64,000 bases of DNA. Origin: a virus (taxonomy: Duplodnaviria > Caudoviricetes). Below the pieces are notes generated by a model. It did not search any database, was not told the origin of the DNA, and saw only the letters and a list, made by a program, of their open reading frames with translations. A program made the translations under genes and the position numbers. Location of the stretch: IMG/VR virus record IMGVR_UViG_3300032280_000642, positions 86,391 to 150,390 of that record, one strand, 5' to 3'. Positions 37,846-46,386 of the stretch are shown piece by piece. The first letter of the stretch is position 1; each line of letters starts with the position of its first letter.

Positions 37846-38204
37846 TGGAGAGAGTAATAGTTGAAATGACATCCTTTATATTTGAAGATGGTAATACCTA
37901 CTATTTTCAAATCTTTAATAGACCGAGCACTAATGATTATCAAGATTTATATGTTTATGAAAAATCATCATATAAAACCTGGTATGGTGTCACAAAATAT
38001 AAGTTTAATCAATTAAATGAACGTCCAGAATTGGTAGATTATAGACTAAGTACAAGTGAGATAAAACAAAGTATTAAAAAGATACTAACTTGTACAAAAG
38101 CTTCATATCTAATAAAAGATTGGGATGGTTTTGTTGGTAATATACCAGATCAAGTTAAAAAAGCACTAACAAGAGATAACAAGTTAAAAGATTTAGGAAT
38201 ATAA
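37845..38204 (+). CDS. hypothetical protein with C-terminal RDNKLKDLGI
   Basis: Coupled ORF; terminal motif. Confidence 0.7.
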   Translation: MERVIVEMTSFIFEDGNTYYFQIFNRPSTNDYQDLYVYEKSSYKTWYGVTKYKFNQLNERPELVDYRLSTSEIKQSIKKILTCTKASYLIKDWDGFVGNIPDQVKKALTRDNKLKDLGI

Positions 38205-38635
38205 TGAAGAAATCTGCAGGAGTAATAATAATTTTAAATAACACTAAAATACTTCTTTCACACGCAACAGGTGCAAAGTGGACATCAACTTTCTCATTCC
38301 CTAAAGGTGGAATTGAGAAAGACGAAAAGAAGAAAGATGCTGCAATTAGAGAATTAGCAGAAGAAACTTCTATTGTTATTACTAAAGATCAAATTAGTAA
38401 TCCAGATGATGCTATTATTGTAAATTACATTGATAAATCTGGAGTAAATTATAAAAGACTATATTTATATACCGTTTATATAGAAGACATTTCTGAGATT
38501 GGTTTAGAATCTGAAATTGTACCTATTGAAAATCTTCAAGCAGATGAATTAGATTGGTGTGGTTTTCTAACAAAAGAAGAAGCCAAAGACAAAATCTTTA
38601 CTAGAGTTGAACATTTGTTAGATCTAATCAACTAA
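38204..38635 (+). CDS. Nudix hydrolase
   Basis: KKSAG..FPKGGIEKDEKKKDAAIRELAEET Nudix box. Confidence 0.92.
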   Translation: MKKSAGVIIILNNTKILLSHATGAKWTSTFSFPKGGIEKDEKKKDAAIRELAEETSIVITKDQISNPDDAIIVNYIDKSGVNYKRLYLYTVYIEDISEIGLESEIVPIENLQADELDWCGFLTKEEAKDKIFTRVEHLLDLIN

Positions 38636-38671
38636 TATATACATTACTTCTATAATAAGAAAAAATTTTTT

Positions 38672-39001
38672 ATGGAAGAGATAAATTTAGACAATCCAAT
38701 TTTTGCATTCTATCTAAACATTGATGGTATGTCTCGTCAGTCGGCTCAACAATCATTAGCGGAATTGAAAAGAGAGGTTACTTATACTAATATAACTTCT
38801 TGGATATTACCTAGTAATGAAACTAAAGTAGATTGTGTTTATCCAGGTAAAAGTATGTATAATACACCTGAGCTAGAAAATCTGATAAAAGAAATAAATG
38901 AAAGAATTGACTTATTAGCAGATTCTGAATCATTTGAAGATTTTAAGATAAATGTAAGAGATTGGAGAATAGGAAAGTTATTTAATGAGACCAATAAATA
39001 A
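38672..39001 (+). CDS. hypothetical protein (C-terminal RDWRIGKLF)
   Basis: ORF after CAAC-N18-TATAAT at 38629-38656. Confidence 0.65.
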   Translation: MEEINLDNPIFAFYLNIDGMSRQSAQQSLAELKREVTYTNITSWILPSNETKVDCVYPGKSMYNTPELENLIKEINERIDLLADSESFEDFKINVRDWRIGKLFNETNK

Positions 39002-39347
39002 AACATACGAGGGTAAACTTTTTAGATCGGAAATAAACATGGAAGAAACCATGTGGTGGGACTACTATGATTATTATGATTCTTACTATGATCAATTTGA
39101 TGATTATGGTTATATCGATAAAGATTTAGAAAAAGAAATTTTAACCGAGGTTCTTTTAGGTCCCTGTACCAGAAAAAGAAAGTGGGCTTATTATGCTTAT
39201 CGTATAGTAGATATGGAATCATTCTATCCAAAGGCAGTTTTAAGAGAAAGAAAAATAAATGATTTACTAGGACTTCCAGGTGGAACTGGAAGAATTGAGA
39301 GACCAACACTTGGTGATTTAATTAAAAAAGATGTATATAAAAAATAA
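38985..39347 (+). CDS. hypothetical protein with Y/D-rich patch and RERKINDLLG motif
   Basis: Overlapping ORF. Confidence 0.6.
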   Translation: MRPINKTYEGKLFRSEINMEETMWWDYYDYYDSYYDQFDDYGYIDKDLEKEILTEVLLGPCTRKRKWAYYAYRIVDMESFYPKAVLRERKINDLLGLPGGTGRIERPTLGDLIKKDVYKK

Positions 39348-39351
39348 AAAT

Positions 39352-39801
39352 ATGAAATTAAAAAAATTTAATGAGCACTTTGAAAAGCAGACACTTGTTA
39401 TCTCTGCATTTCCAGGTTGTGGAAAGTCTCACTTTTTTAGAGAAAATAAAGATAAAGAGGTTTTAGATTCGGATTCAAGTAAATTTGATAAGACCCATTT
39501 TCCACAAAATTATATTGAGCATATAAAGTCTAACTTAGGTAAAGTAGATATAATCATGGTTTCTTCTCACAAGGAAGTTAGGGATGAATTAGTAAGAAAC
39601 AGAATTCCTTTTACTTTAGTTTATCCAAGTCATGAAATTAAAAAAGAGTATATACAAAGATATATTGATAGAGGAAATACAAGTACATTTGTAGATTTAC
39701 TAAATAAAAATTGGGATTCTTGGATAAATGAGTTAGAAGCACAAGAAGGTTGTAATAAAATTGAACTTAAAGAAGGACAATATCTTTCTGATGTAATTTA
39801 A
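39352..39801 (+). CDS. P-loop kinase-like protein with capsid-targeting-like N-terminus
   Basis: MKLKKFNEH; ISAFPGCGKS; DSDSS; RG; start moved to after TATATA at 39334. Confidence 0.75.
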   Translation: MKLKKFNEHFEKQTLVISAFPGCGKSHFFRENKDKEVLDSDSSKFDKTHFPQNYIEHIKSNLGKVDIIMVSSHKEVRDELVRNRIPFTLVYPSHEIKKEYIQRYIDRGNTSTFVDLLNKNWDSWINELEAQEGCNKIELKEGQYLSDVI

Positions 39802-39884
39802 TTATTTGTACTTGGGTTGAATAGGTAAGGACTATTTTATAAACACACTCTGCATGGTGCAGAGTAGAACAAAATAAGAAAACT

Positions 39885-39998
39885 ATGTACTACGACGCAG
39901 AATTTTACTCAGCAGATCAAATGGAAGCTTTAGACGCAATGTATAGAGACTTTTTAGAATATGAACTAATGCAAGAAGAACTTAACGGAGAATGGTAG
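39885..39998 (+). CDS. 37-aa acidic/aromatic peptide missing from the ORF track
   Basis: Hand translation MYYDAEFYSADQMEALDAMYRDFLEYELMQEELNGEW; A-rich initiation region; overlaps the next start. Confidence 0.55.
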   Translation: MYYDAEFYSADQMEALDAMYRDFLEYELMQEELNGEW

Positions 39999-40582
39999 GA
40001 TACACATACACATCAATACCACTAGACTTTTCACCTTTAAGTGAAATGAGAAATCTAAAGATTAGAATGGTTACTGAAGATATAAAATTTGAGGTAGCAG
40101 ATAATCTAATTGATTTATATTCAAACTATCTAAACTTTATTATTGAACAATATCCAGATGCAATTATCTCTGGATCATTGGCTTTAGATTTATATGGTCT
40201 ATTAAATAGACCTATCTCTGATATAGATTTAATTGTGAATAAAAGACCTGCTGGTGTTTTACATAAAGATACTTATGGTGATGAAAATATAATGACTACT
40301 TCTGATAGACTTGGTTATCAATATATTACCGAAAGTTTTAAATGGAGAAATATATTTAATAAACGAAAAACTTATCAGGTTGATTTCTTTTTAAATACTG
40401 GTAATGTAAAGTATAATACCTTTGCTTTTAAAGGTAGAAATGTAAAAATACAAGATCCTGTTCAAATTACCGAACAAAAGATAGCAATGGTTAATAATGC
40501 TGAGAATCATATGTTCACGGGTAAACAAAAACATAACCTGGATTTATTTGTAATCTTTAAACACTTTAATTGGGGTCTTTAA
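39992..40582 (+). CDS. polymerase-beta-fold nucleotidyltransferase-like protein
   Basis: ISGSLALDLYG...DIDL...VDFF...K..KH.LD. Confidence 0.7.
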   Translation: MVGYTYTSIPLDFSPLSEMRNLKIRMVTEDIKFEVADNLIDLYSNYLNFIIEQYPDAIISGSLALDLYGLLNRPISDIDLIVNKRPAGVLHKDTYGDENIMTTSDRLGYQYITESFKWRNIFNKRKTYQVDFFLNTGNVKYNTFAFKGRNVKIQDPVQITEQKIAMVNNAENHMFTGKQKHNLDLFVIFKHFNWGL

Positions 40583-40628
40583 GGCGATTATATACTATAT
40601 CATGATGTTGCATAAATATCCACCAAAA

Positions 40629-40660
40629 TTTGGTGGATTTATTTTTTTATTGTATATTTG
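40629..40660 (+). promoter_or_regulatory. Bacteroidota sigma-A type promoter whose -33 element sits in the upstream terminator hairpin
   Basis: TTTG at 40629-32, 20-nt spacer, TATATTTG at 40653-60; ATG at 40665. Confidence 0.65.
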
Positions 40661-40664
40661 AGCT

Positions 40665-41303
40665 ATGAAAAAATACAACAAATATACCTATATTTTTCCT
40701 CCCAGACCTCGTAATGCCATAATGTCTAGTGATTTAGACTTCTGGGATAATAACACACTTTTAGCACAGCCCAAGTTGAATGGATCAAACTGCACCATTT
40801 ACACTAATGGTGAAAAACACGTTGTAATGAATAGACACAATGGTAGACTTATAAACTTTAGACTTACTGATGAAGAGATAAAATCTATGTACCGTGGAAA
40901 TGGTGAGTGGATGGTAATCAATGGCGAATATATGAACAAATCAAAAAGTGATGAAAACCGTAAAGTTTTCAATCACAAGTTTGTTATATTCGATATTCTT
41001 GTTTTGAATGGTGATTCTTTAGTAGGAAAAACTTTTGAAGAAAGAGTTATATTACTTGACCAGTTGTATGGTACAAATAACTCTGATAAACCTTACTTAT
41101 ACGGTATCTCAGAAAACATCTATAGAGTGAAGTCTTATACATCAAACTTCTTAGAGTTGTATAATGATTTAGTAGAAATTGATATGATCGAAGGCTTGGT
41201 ACTAAAGAGAAAGTCTGCTCGTTTAGAAGCAGGTACTTCTGAGTTGAACAATGTGAAATCTCAAATTAAATGTAGAAAGGCTACCAAAAATTATAGATAC
41301 TAA
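40665..41303 (+). CDS. ATP-dependent ligase-family adenylation domain only (no OB fold)
   Basis: QPKLNG (motif I), NGE (III), FDIL (IIIa), EGLVLK (IV), IKCRK (V). Confidence 0.8.
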   Translation: MKKYNKYTYIFPPRPRNAIMSSDLDFWDNNTLLAQPKLNGSNCTIYTNGEKHVVMNRHNGRLINFRLTDEEIKSMYRGNGEWMVINGEYMNKSKSDENRKVFNHKFVIFDILVLNGDSLVGKTFEERVILLDQLYGTNNSDKPYLYGISENIYRVKSYTSNFLELYNDLVEIDMIEGLVLKRKSARLEAGTSELNNVKSQIKCRKATKNYRY

Positions 41304-41336
41304 AATTTAATATATAAGAAAAACTAATATAATAAA

Positions 41337-41909
41337 GTGGATAAATTTAGTAACCTTAAACCAAAAGAAGAATTTAAAAAAGATAAAGAAGAACCAGTTT
41401 ATCAAGATAAACATATGTCAGTCATTAAATTTGAAGACTGGTCAGTCGTAAGACATAAAGATTATGTTGTTTGCATTCCTTACCTAATCGAGTCAAATCA
41501 AGTCGTTTTAAGATACGAATACATCCCAACATTCAAGTACACAGACGGGCAAGAATATCATCTTACATTAGTCGGTGGTGGCGTTGAAGAAGGCGAAGCA
41601 CACGACTTAGCAATTACTAGAGAACTTGAAGAAGAAGCCGGAATTGTTTTAAGAGAAGATTATGAACTAGAACCGTTGAGACCTTTATTCTTAACAAAGA
41701 TGAATGCGAATAAGGTTTACCCTTATATTATTGCTTTACACGAAAAGGATTATCACGAGATTGTTCCAAAAGGTGATGGTACAAAACACGAAGCAATTTC
41801 TAAATCAGTAAAAGTAAATATAAGCCAATTAAAGAATTTAGAAACATCTGATCTAATTACAGATTATATTTTATTGAAGTTAAAAGAATATATGAACTTA
41901 CAGAAATAA
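41337..41909 (+). CDS. Nudix hydrolase (ADP-ribose pyrophosphatase-like); GTG start
   Basis: GGGVEEGEAHDLAITRELEEEAG. Confidence 0.85.
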   Translation: MDKFSNLKPKEEFKKDKEEPVYQDKHMSVIKFEDWSVVRHKDYVVCIPYLIESNQVVLRYEYIPTFKYTDGQEYHLTLVGGGVEEGEAHDLAITRELEEEAGIVLREDYELEPLRPLFLTKMNANKVYPYIIALHEKDYHEIVPKGDGTKHEAISKSVKVNISQLKNLETSDLITDYILLKLKEYMNLQK

Positions 41910-42160
41910 TGAAAAAATTCACTGAAAGTACAGGTCATAAAGACCTTGAAGGAAATTGGGTAAATGAAACACCACAAGCTAAATTGAGAAATCAGTTGGG
42001 TCCATTCTGGACGTTAGTGGACTTATTATCAGAAGAAAGATTAGATAAGATTTTAAATCATCCTGAAGGTTTAGAAATGATACAAAAATGTTTAGAACAA
42101 TGTAAAGATAGTCAACAAAGAATACTCGACTTAATAAAAGAAACAGAAAAACCATCTTAA
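41909..42160 (+). CDS. small protein with capsid-targeting-like N-terminus (MKKFTES)
   Basis: Coupled ORF. Confidence 0.65.
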   Translation: MKKFTESTGHKDLEGNWVNETPQAKLRNQLGPFWTLVDLLSEERLDKILNHPEGLEMIQKCLEQCKDSQQRILDLIKETEKPS

Positions 42161-42174
42161 TTGATGGTTTTTTG

Positions 42175-42660
42175 TTAGTCTTCTAAATTCATTTTATATT
42201 CAATGTCAATTGAGATTTCTGATATAGGATAAAGTTGTAACCAAGCAGACTTTGGTATTTCACTTGAAAAAGGTAAAACACTAAAATCTTCTTTTGATAT
42301 TACTCTATCAACATCATATGATGTATATACTTGTGGGTATCTATCTACTAATGGACTAAACATCACTTGTTCATAACATATAGAATAGTTTCTTGACAAG
42401 TGTGTCAGGAAAGGAATAAAATAGTCTTTAACTTCTTCCCAAGTAAATCCCTTATATATACTTCCTTCTTTAAGAATAGAGATATGAAAGTTTTTATGTG
42501 TATAATCATTTGAAACCTCAACTACAAAGTCTTCATCTACAAGATAAGCTAAATTTGTCTCACAGAAATCTTTAAGTTCCTCTAATTCTCCTTCTTCTGG
42601 TTTGGACATAAAACCAAACTTTCTACTTTTTGATTCATTATACGTCTTTAAGTATTTCAT
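42175..42660 (-). CDS. hypothetical protein with capsid-targeting-like N-terminus (MKYLKTYNES)
   Basis: ORF; TATATA just upstream. Confidence 0.7.
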   Translation of the reverse strand: MKYLKTYNESKSRKFGFMSKPEEGELEELKDFCETNLAYLVDEDFVVEVSNDYTHKNFHISILKEGSIYKGFTWEEVKDYFIPFLTHLSRNYSICYEQVMFSPLVDRYPQVYTSYDVDRVISKEDFSVLPFSSEIPKSAWLQLYPISEISIDIEYKMNLED

Positions 42661-42705
42661 ATCATATATATAAAAAAAAAGAGAGTTAAAAACCCTCTTT
42701 TATTC

Positions 42706-43713
42706 TATAGCTGTTATTAGTTTAATTATATTTTAGAAAGTAATTCTGCTTTCTTTGTAGTGAATTCTTCTTCAGTTAATATACCTGCTTTATGAAGTTC
42801 ACCAAGTTTCTCTAAAAGTACAATACTATCAAGTGATACGGTAGTACTTTTTTTTATTTCTTTTGTCTCAACTGGTTTTCTACTTTCTGGTAAGATTTGT
42901 AAAATTGTTGAAGCAATGTAATACTTATCAAAGTCCATATCAATTGATTCAAATTTTTGTTGAGATTTTTGACCTTTCTCAATTCTACCAGTTTCCATAG
43001 AACCACCAATTGAACTCGTAAGAGAAAAATCACTTGTATAACAAGCATTGATTGGTGTAGTATTAGAGTAATAAGCAGTACCAGTAGTATTTGTTAAATT
43101 GAAATTACCCGCAGTAGTTGTAGTGTTACAAACACCAGTAGTAATACCAGTGCCATAGTAAACACCACTCCAAGGATAACTTGGATAAACCCAGTAAGGA
43201 TAAGTTCTACCAGTTAGAATACGATTAAACTTATCATTCCAATTTTCTAATGTAACAACAGATTCTTTATAGAAGAAAACTTCTAATAATCCATTTTTAG
43301 CAATAGCTTGTTGAGTTTCATCACTTTCATCTACTTCATAGGTATTGAAAATGAATTTCTTTTTATCATCAATAAAACAATCTAAATAAAATCTTTGACC
43401 AGGATTTAAAACTAAACCTGATTTTGAAATTGAGTTACCATTTAATTTGATGTCTGCTAAAACGCAGTTTTGTAGTGGGTTGTAAAGTTCGATTTGAAAT
43501 TCTTCTTTATCTTGAAGATAAACTTTACCTTTTTTGATAGATTTTCTTCCTCTATCATTCGAATTAACTATCCAAGCAGCTGGTGCTGTAATAGTTGTTG
43601 CAGTTTTCTTTGCCATTTTTTGTTTTTTAATTTTTTTATCCATATCTTTGATTCTAAATAAAAATCTCAAAGGTATCCTATTGATACCCGACATGAATTA
43701 TATAACAGCTATA
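42706..43713. repeat. perfect 12-bp inverted repeat bracketing one gene
   Basis: TATAGCTGTTAT at 42706-42717 and ATAACAGCTATA at 43702-43713. Confidence 0.8.
42726..43617 (-). CDS. hypothetical protein with C-terminal SHOCT domain (likely start near MAKKTATT)
   Basis: EFQIELYNP..V...I..NG..LVL.PGQ..L beta domain; LEKLGELHKAGILTEEEFTTKKAELL; start position approximate. Confidence 0.7.
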
Positions 43714-43734
43714 ACAATATATATTATAAAATTG

Positions 43735-43765
43735 TTGTTTGTTTATAAATTTTGTTGTATATTTG
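43735..43765 (+). promoter_or_regulatory. Bacteroidota sigma-A type promoter
   Basis: TTG at 43735-37, 20-nt spacer, TATATTTG at 43758-65. Confidence 0.7.
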
Positions 43766-43783
43766 TATAAATAAAAAAATTAG

Positions 43784-44989
43784 ATGATAAACGTAAACGA
43801 ATTTATTCCTGAATTATTCTTAAAACTAACTTCAAAGACTTATCCTCACGGTTCTGAGGATATAATTGCGAATGAAATGGTTAGACTTGGTTATTTACCA
43901 AAAGACCTTAGTAAAGATACTCACGGAAATTACTTCTACAAAATTGGAGAATCAAGAACTATTTTTGCTTCTCACTTAGATACCGTTTCTAGTAAACACG
44001 AAGACGTAAAACACGTACTTGATGGTGAAACTATTAGAACTGATGGTACAACTACACTTGGTGCCGATGATAAAGCAGGTGTATCAGTTATGATTTGGAT
44101 GATGAAACATAATATACCAGGAACTTACTACTTTTTTATTGGTGAAGAAGTTGGTTGTATTGGTTCTGGTTTAGCCGCAAAATATGATGAATTTAAAGGT
44201 CTGTATGATAGAATTATTTCTTTTGATAGAAGAGGTACTACTTCAATTATTACTCACCAATCTTGGGCAAGATGTTGTTCAGATGCTTTTGCAGATGCTT
44301 TATGTTCAGAGTTAAACAAGTCAGATTATAAATTAAAATATATTAAAGATGATGGTGGTGTTTACACTGACTCGGCTGAGTTCGTTGATCTTATTCCAGA
44401 ATGTACAAATGTTTCTGTAGGATATTATTCAGAACACACTAAAAATGAAAATCAAGATATTAGACACTTAGTAAATTTGGCAAGTGCTTGTTTATTAGTT
44501 GACTGGGAGAACTTACCAACTAAAAGAGACCCTGCTGTTTATGAAGGTAAAACTTACAAATCTACTTACTCAAGTGGTTATTCAACAAGTTCTTACCCAG
44601 CAGATTGGAGTAATTATGGTACTTCATACAGATCAAGTGGTAGTTCTTGGAGTAGAAATGGATCTACTAAGAAAGATAGAGACTATGATTACTACTCTGA
44701 TTGGGAAGATCAAGATGATATAATGGTTAGAAATGGTGGTAAAAGATCTACAAGAAGAGGTGGTAAAAAAACCAAAAGAGGTAAAACTTACTTCGATAAT
44801 GGAGATAATAACTTAATCGAGATTTCTGTTGCAAATGACAGACAATACGATTGGCTTTTAACTAAATACAATGGTATTAGATTAAAAGACGAAGAACTTG
44901 ACATTATCAAAGAACAATACTTAGACGTTGAAAATAACGAATATGATAGATTTTTCTACGAGTGTTTAGTAGAACAAATGTTAGACTAA
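43784..44989 (+). CDS. M20/M28-family zinc peptidase with low-complexity C-terminal tail
   Basis: SHLDTV, LGADDKAG, FFIGEEVG, SFDRRG, YTDS, GYYSEHT..E. Confidence 0.88.
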   Translation: MINVNEFIPELFLKLTSKTYPHGSEDIIANEMVRLGYLPKDLSKDTHGNYFYKIGESRTIFASHLDTVSSKHEDVKHVLDGETIRTDGTTTLGADDKAGVSVMIWMMKHNIPGTYYFFIGEEVGCIGSGLAAKYDEFKGLYDRIISFDRRGTTSIITHQSWARCCSDAFADALCSELNKSDYKLKYIKDDGGVYTDSAEFVDLIPECTNVSVGYYSEHTKNENQDIRHLVNLASACLLVDWENLPTKRDPAVYEGKTYKSTYSSGYSTSSYPADWSNYGTSYRSSGSSWSRNGSTKKDRDYDYYSDWEDQDDIMVRNGGKRSTRRGGKKTKRGKTYFDNGDNNLIEISVANDRQYDWLLTKYNGIRLKDEELDIIKEQYLDVENNEYDRFFYECLVEQMLD

Positions 44990-45002
44990 TAAAAAACCCA
45001 TC

Positions 45003-45227
45003 TTATGATGGGTTTTTTTTATGTTTATCTAATATGTCTGACGTTTTTATTACTTCATCTGGTGCATTCTTTATTTCTGAACCTTCAACATCATGACTTA
45101 CTTTAAATCTTGATTTTGAAACCTTTTCAATGATTTTCACTGGGGTAAGCATATCGTTATACCAGTACTCTATAAGCACTACGTCTCCTTCTTGGTAAAA
45201 TGATTTATATTCTAATAGAAATCTCAT
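45003..45227 (-). CDS. small SH3/Tudor-like protein (MRFLLEYKSF)
   Basis: EGDVVLI..W..PVKII..; TTAATATATA at 45232-45241 (minus). Confidence 0.65.
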   Translation of the reverse strand: MRFLLEYKSFYQEGDVVLIEYWYNDMLTPVKIIEKVSKSRFKVSHDVEGSEIKNAPDEVIKTSDILDKHKKNPS

Positions 45228-45316
45228 AAAGTATATATTAAAATTTATAAACCTTTTCTAATCTTTATAGAGAAGGAGTAATATAATATATATTAAAAAA
45301 ATAAGACTTTAAATTT

Positions 45317-46108
45317 ATGAGTGTACGCAGAAGAACCACAAAGAAACCAATTGCAGACGAAACAAACGAAAAGGTTGAACCTAAAAAAAGATTACCAAAA
45401 CAAGAAATTGTACCACAAGGCACTCCACAATTTAAAGTAAATTGTAAATTCAAAAACAAAAAACAAAAAGAAATGCACGACACTATTCTGGAAAACAGAA
45501 TAACATTTGTCAGAGGTGCTGCAGGAACAGGAAAAACTTTAATTTCTTTACTAACTGCATTAGAATGTATTAAAGACTCTTCAATAAATATTGATCAAAT
45601 AGTTTTAACAAAACCAATTGTTGAAATAACATCCACTAGAGGTTTAGGTGCTTTACCTGGAGATATAAACGAAAAAACACTAAGTTACTACACACACTTT
45701 TATGATAGTTTAACAAAACTAATCGGAAATGAACCAACAAAATTACTAAAAGAAAGAGGTATTATTAAAGATACTGTTTTAAACTTTCTAAGAGGATCTA
45801 CATTTGGAAAATGGGATGCGAATGGTAAACCAGTTGGCTCTTTTTGTATTTTTGATGAATCACAAAACTGTTCACCAGTAGAGATGAAAACATTTATTTC
45901 CAGAATGGGAGAGGAATCTAAATTAGTAATAATGGGAGATTCTGATCAAATTGACTTAAAATTGAATAAAGGAGAGAAATGTGGACTAGATGATGCTTGG
46001 GATAGACTACAAGGAATTCCAGGAATTGGATTTATTGAGTTTACAGAAGATGATATAGTTAGAGATCCATTCTTAATTGAAATTATGAAACGTTATAAAC
46101 AATCTTAA
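45317..46108 (+). CDS. phoH: PhoH-family ATPase
   Basis: GAAGTGKT, LGALPGD, FLRGSTF, DESQN, RMGE.SK...GD..Q.D, DIVR. Confidence 0.95.
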   Translation: MSVRRRTTKKPIADETNEKVEPKKRLPKQEIVPQGTPQFKVNCKFKNKKQKEMHDTILENRITFVRGAAGTGKTLISLLTALECIKDSSINIDQIVLTKPIVEITSTRGLGALPGDINEKTLSYYTHFYDSLTKLIGNEPTKLLKERGIIKDTVLNFLRGSTFGKWDANGKPVGSFCIFDESQNCSPVEMKTFISRMGEESKLVIMGDSDQIDLKLNKGEKCGLDDAWDRLQGIPGIGFIEFTEDDIVRDPFLIEIMKRYKQS

Positions 46109-46167
46109 TTATTTCCCTTTAAAGGTCCTTATATTTTAATATATACAATGAAAAAAATTTTTTTGTT

Positions 46168-46383
46168 GTGAATAAAACTGACGATTTAATTTATGATTTA
46201 ATATTCTCAAATGAAACTTATTACTCAATAGACATTTCTGACTATATAAAAGATATTTATCAATATGATAGCTTTATATCGGATATAAGAGAGGTTCTAA
46301 AGAAGTCAAAAGTTAAAATCATTAAAAGTGATGTTAAGTTAGACAGCAAAACAGTTATTTGGAAGATAAAAGTAAAGAAATAA
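46168..46383 (+). CDS. small hypothetical protein
   Basis: ORF after TTAATATATA at 46136-46145. Confidence 0.6.
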   Translation: MNKTDDLIYDLIFSNETYYSIDISDYIKDIYQYDSFISDIREVLKKSKVKIIKSDVKLDSKTVIWKIKVKK

Positions 46384-46386
46384 TTT

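Noticed and set aside
39805-39875. Self-cleaving ribozyme (hammerhead or twister)
   Set aside because: No CUGANGA/GAAA core or other recognisable catalytic consensus; kept only as an unclassified structured leader
42706-43713. IS element or transposon defined by the 12-bp inverted repeat
   Set aside because: The enclosed protein has no transposase or recombinase motifs and no target-site duplication is visible; RNA end-pairing fits the positions better
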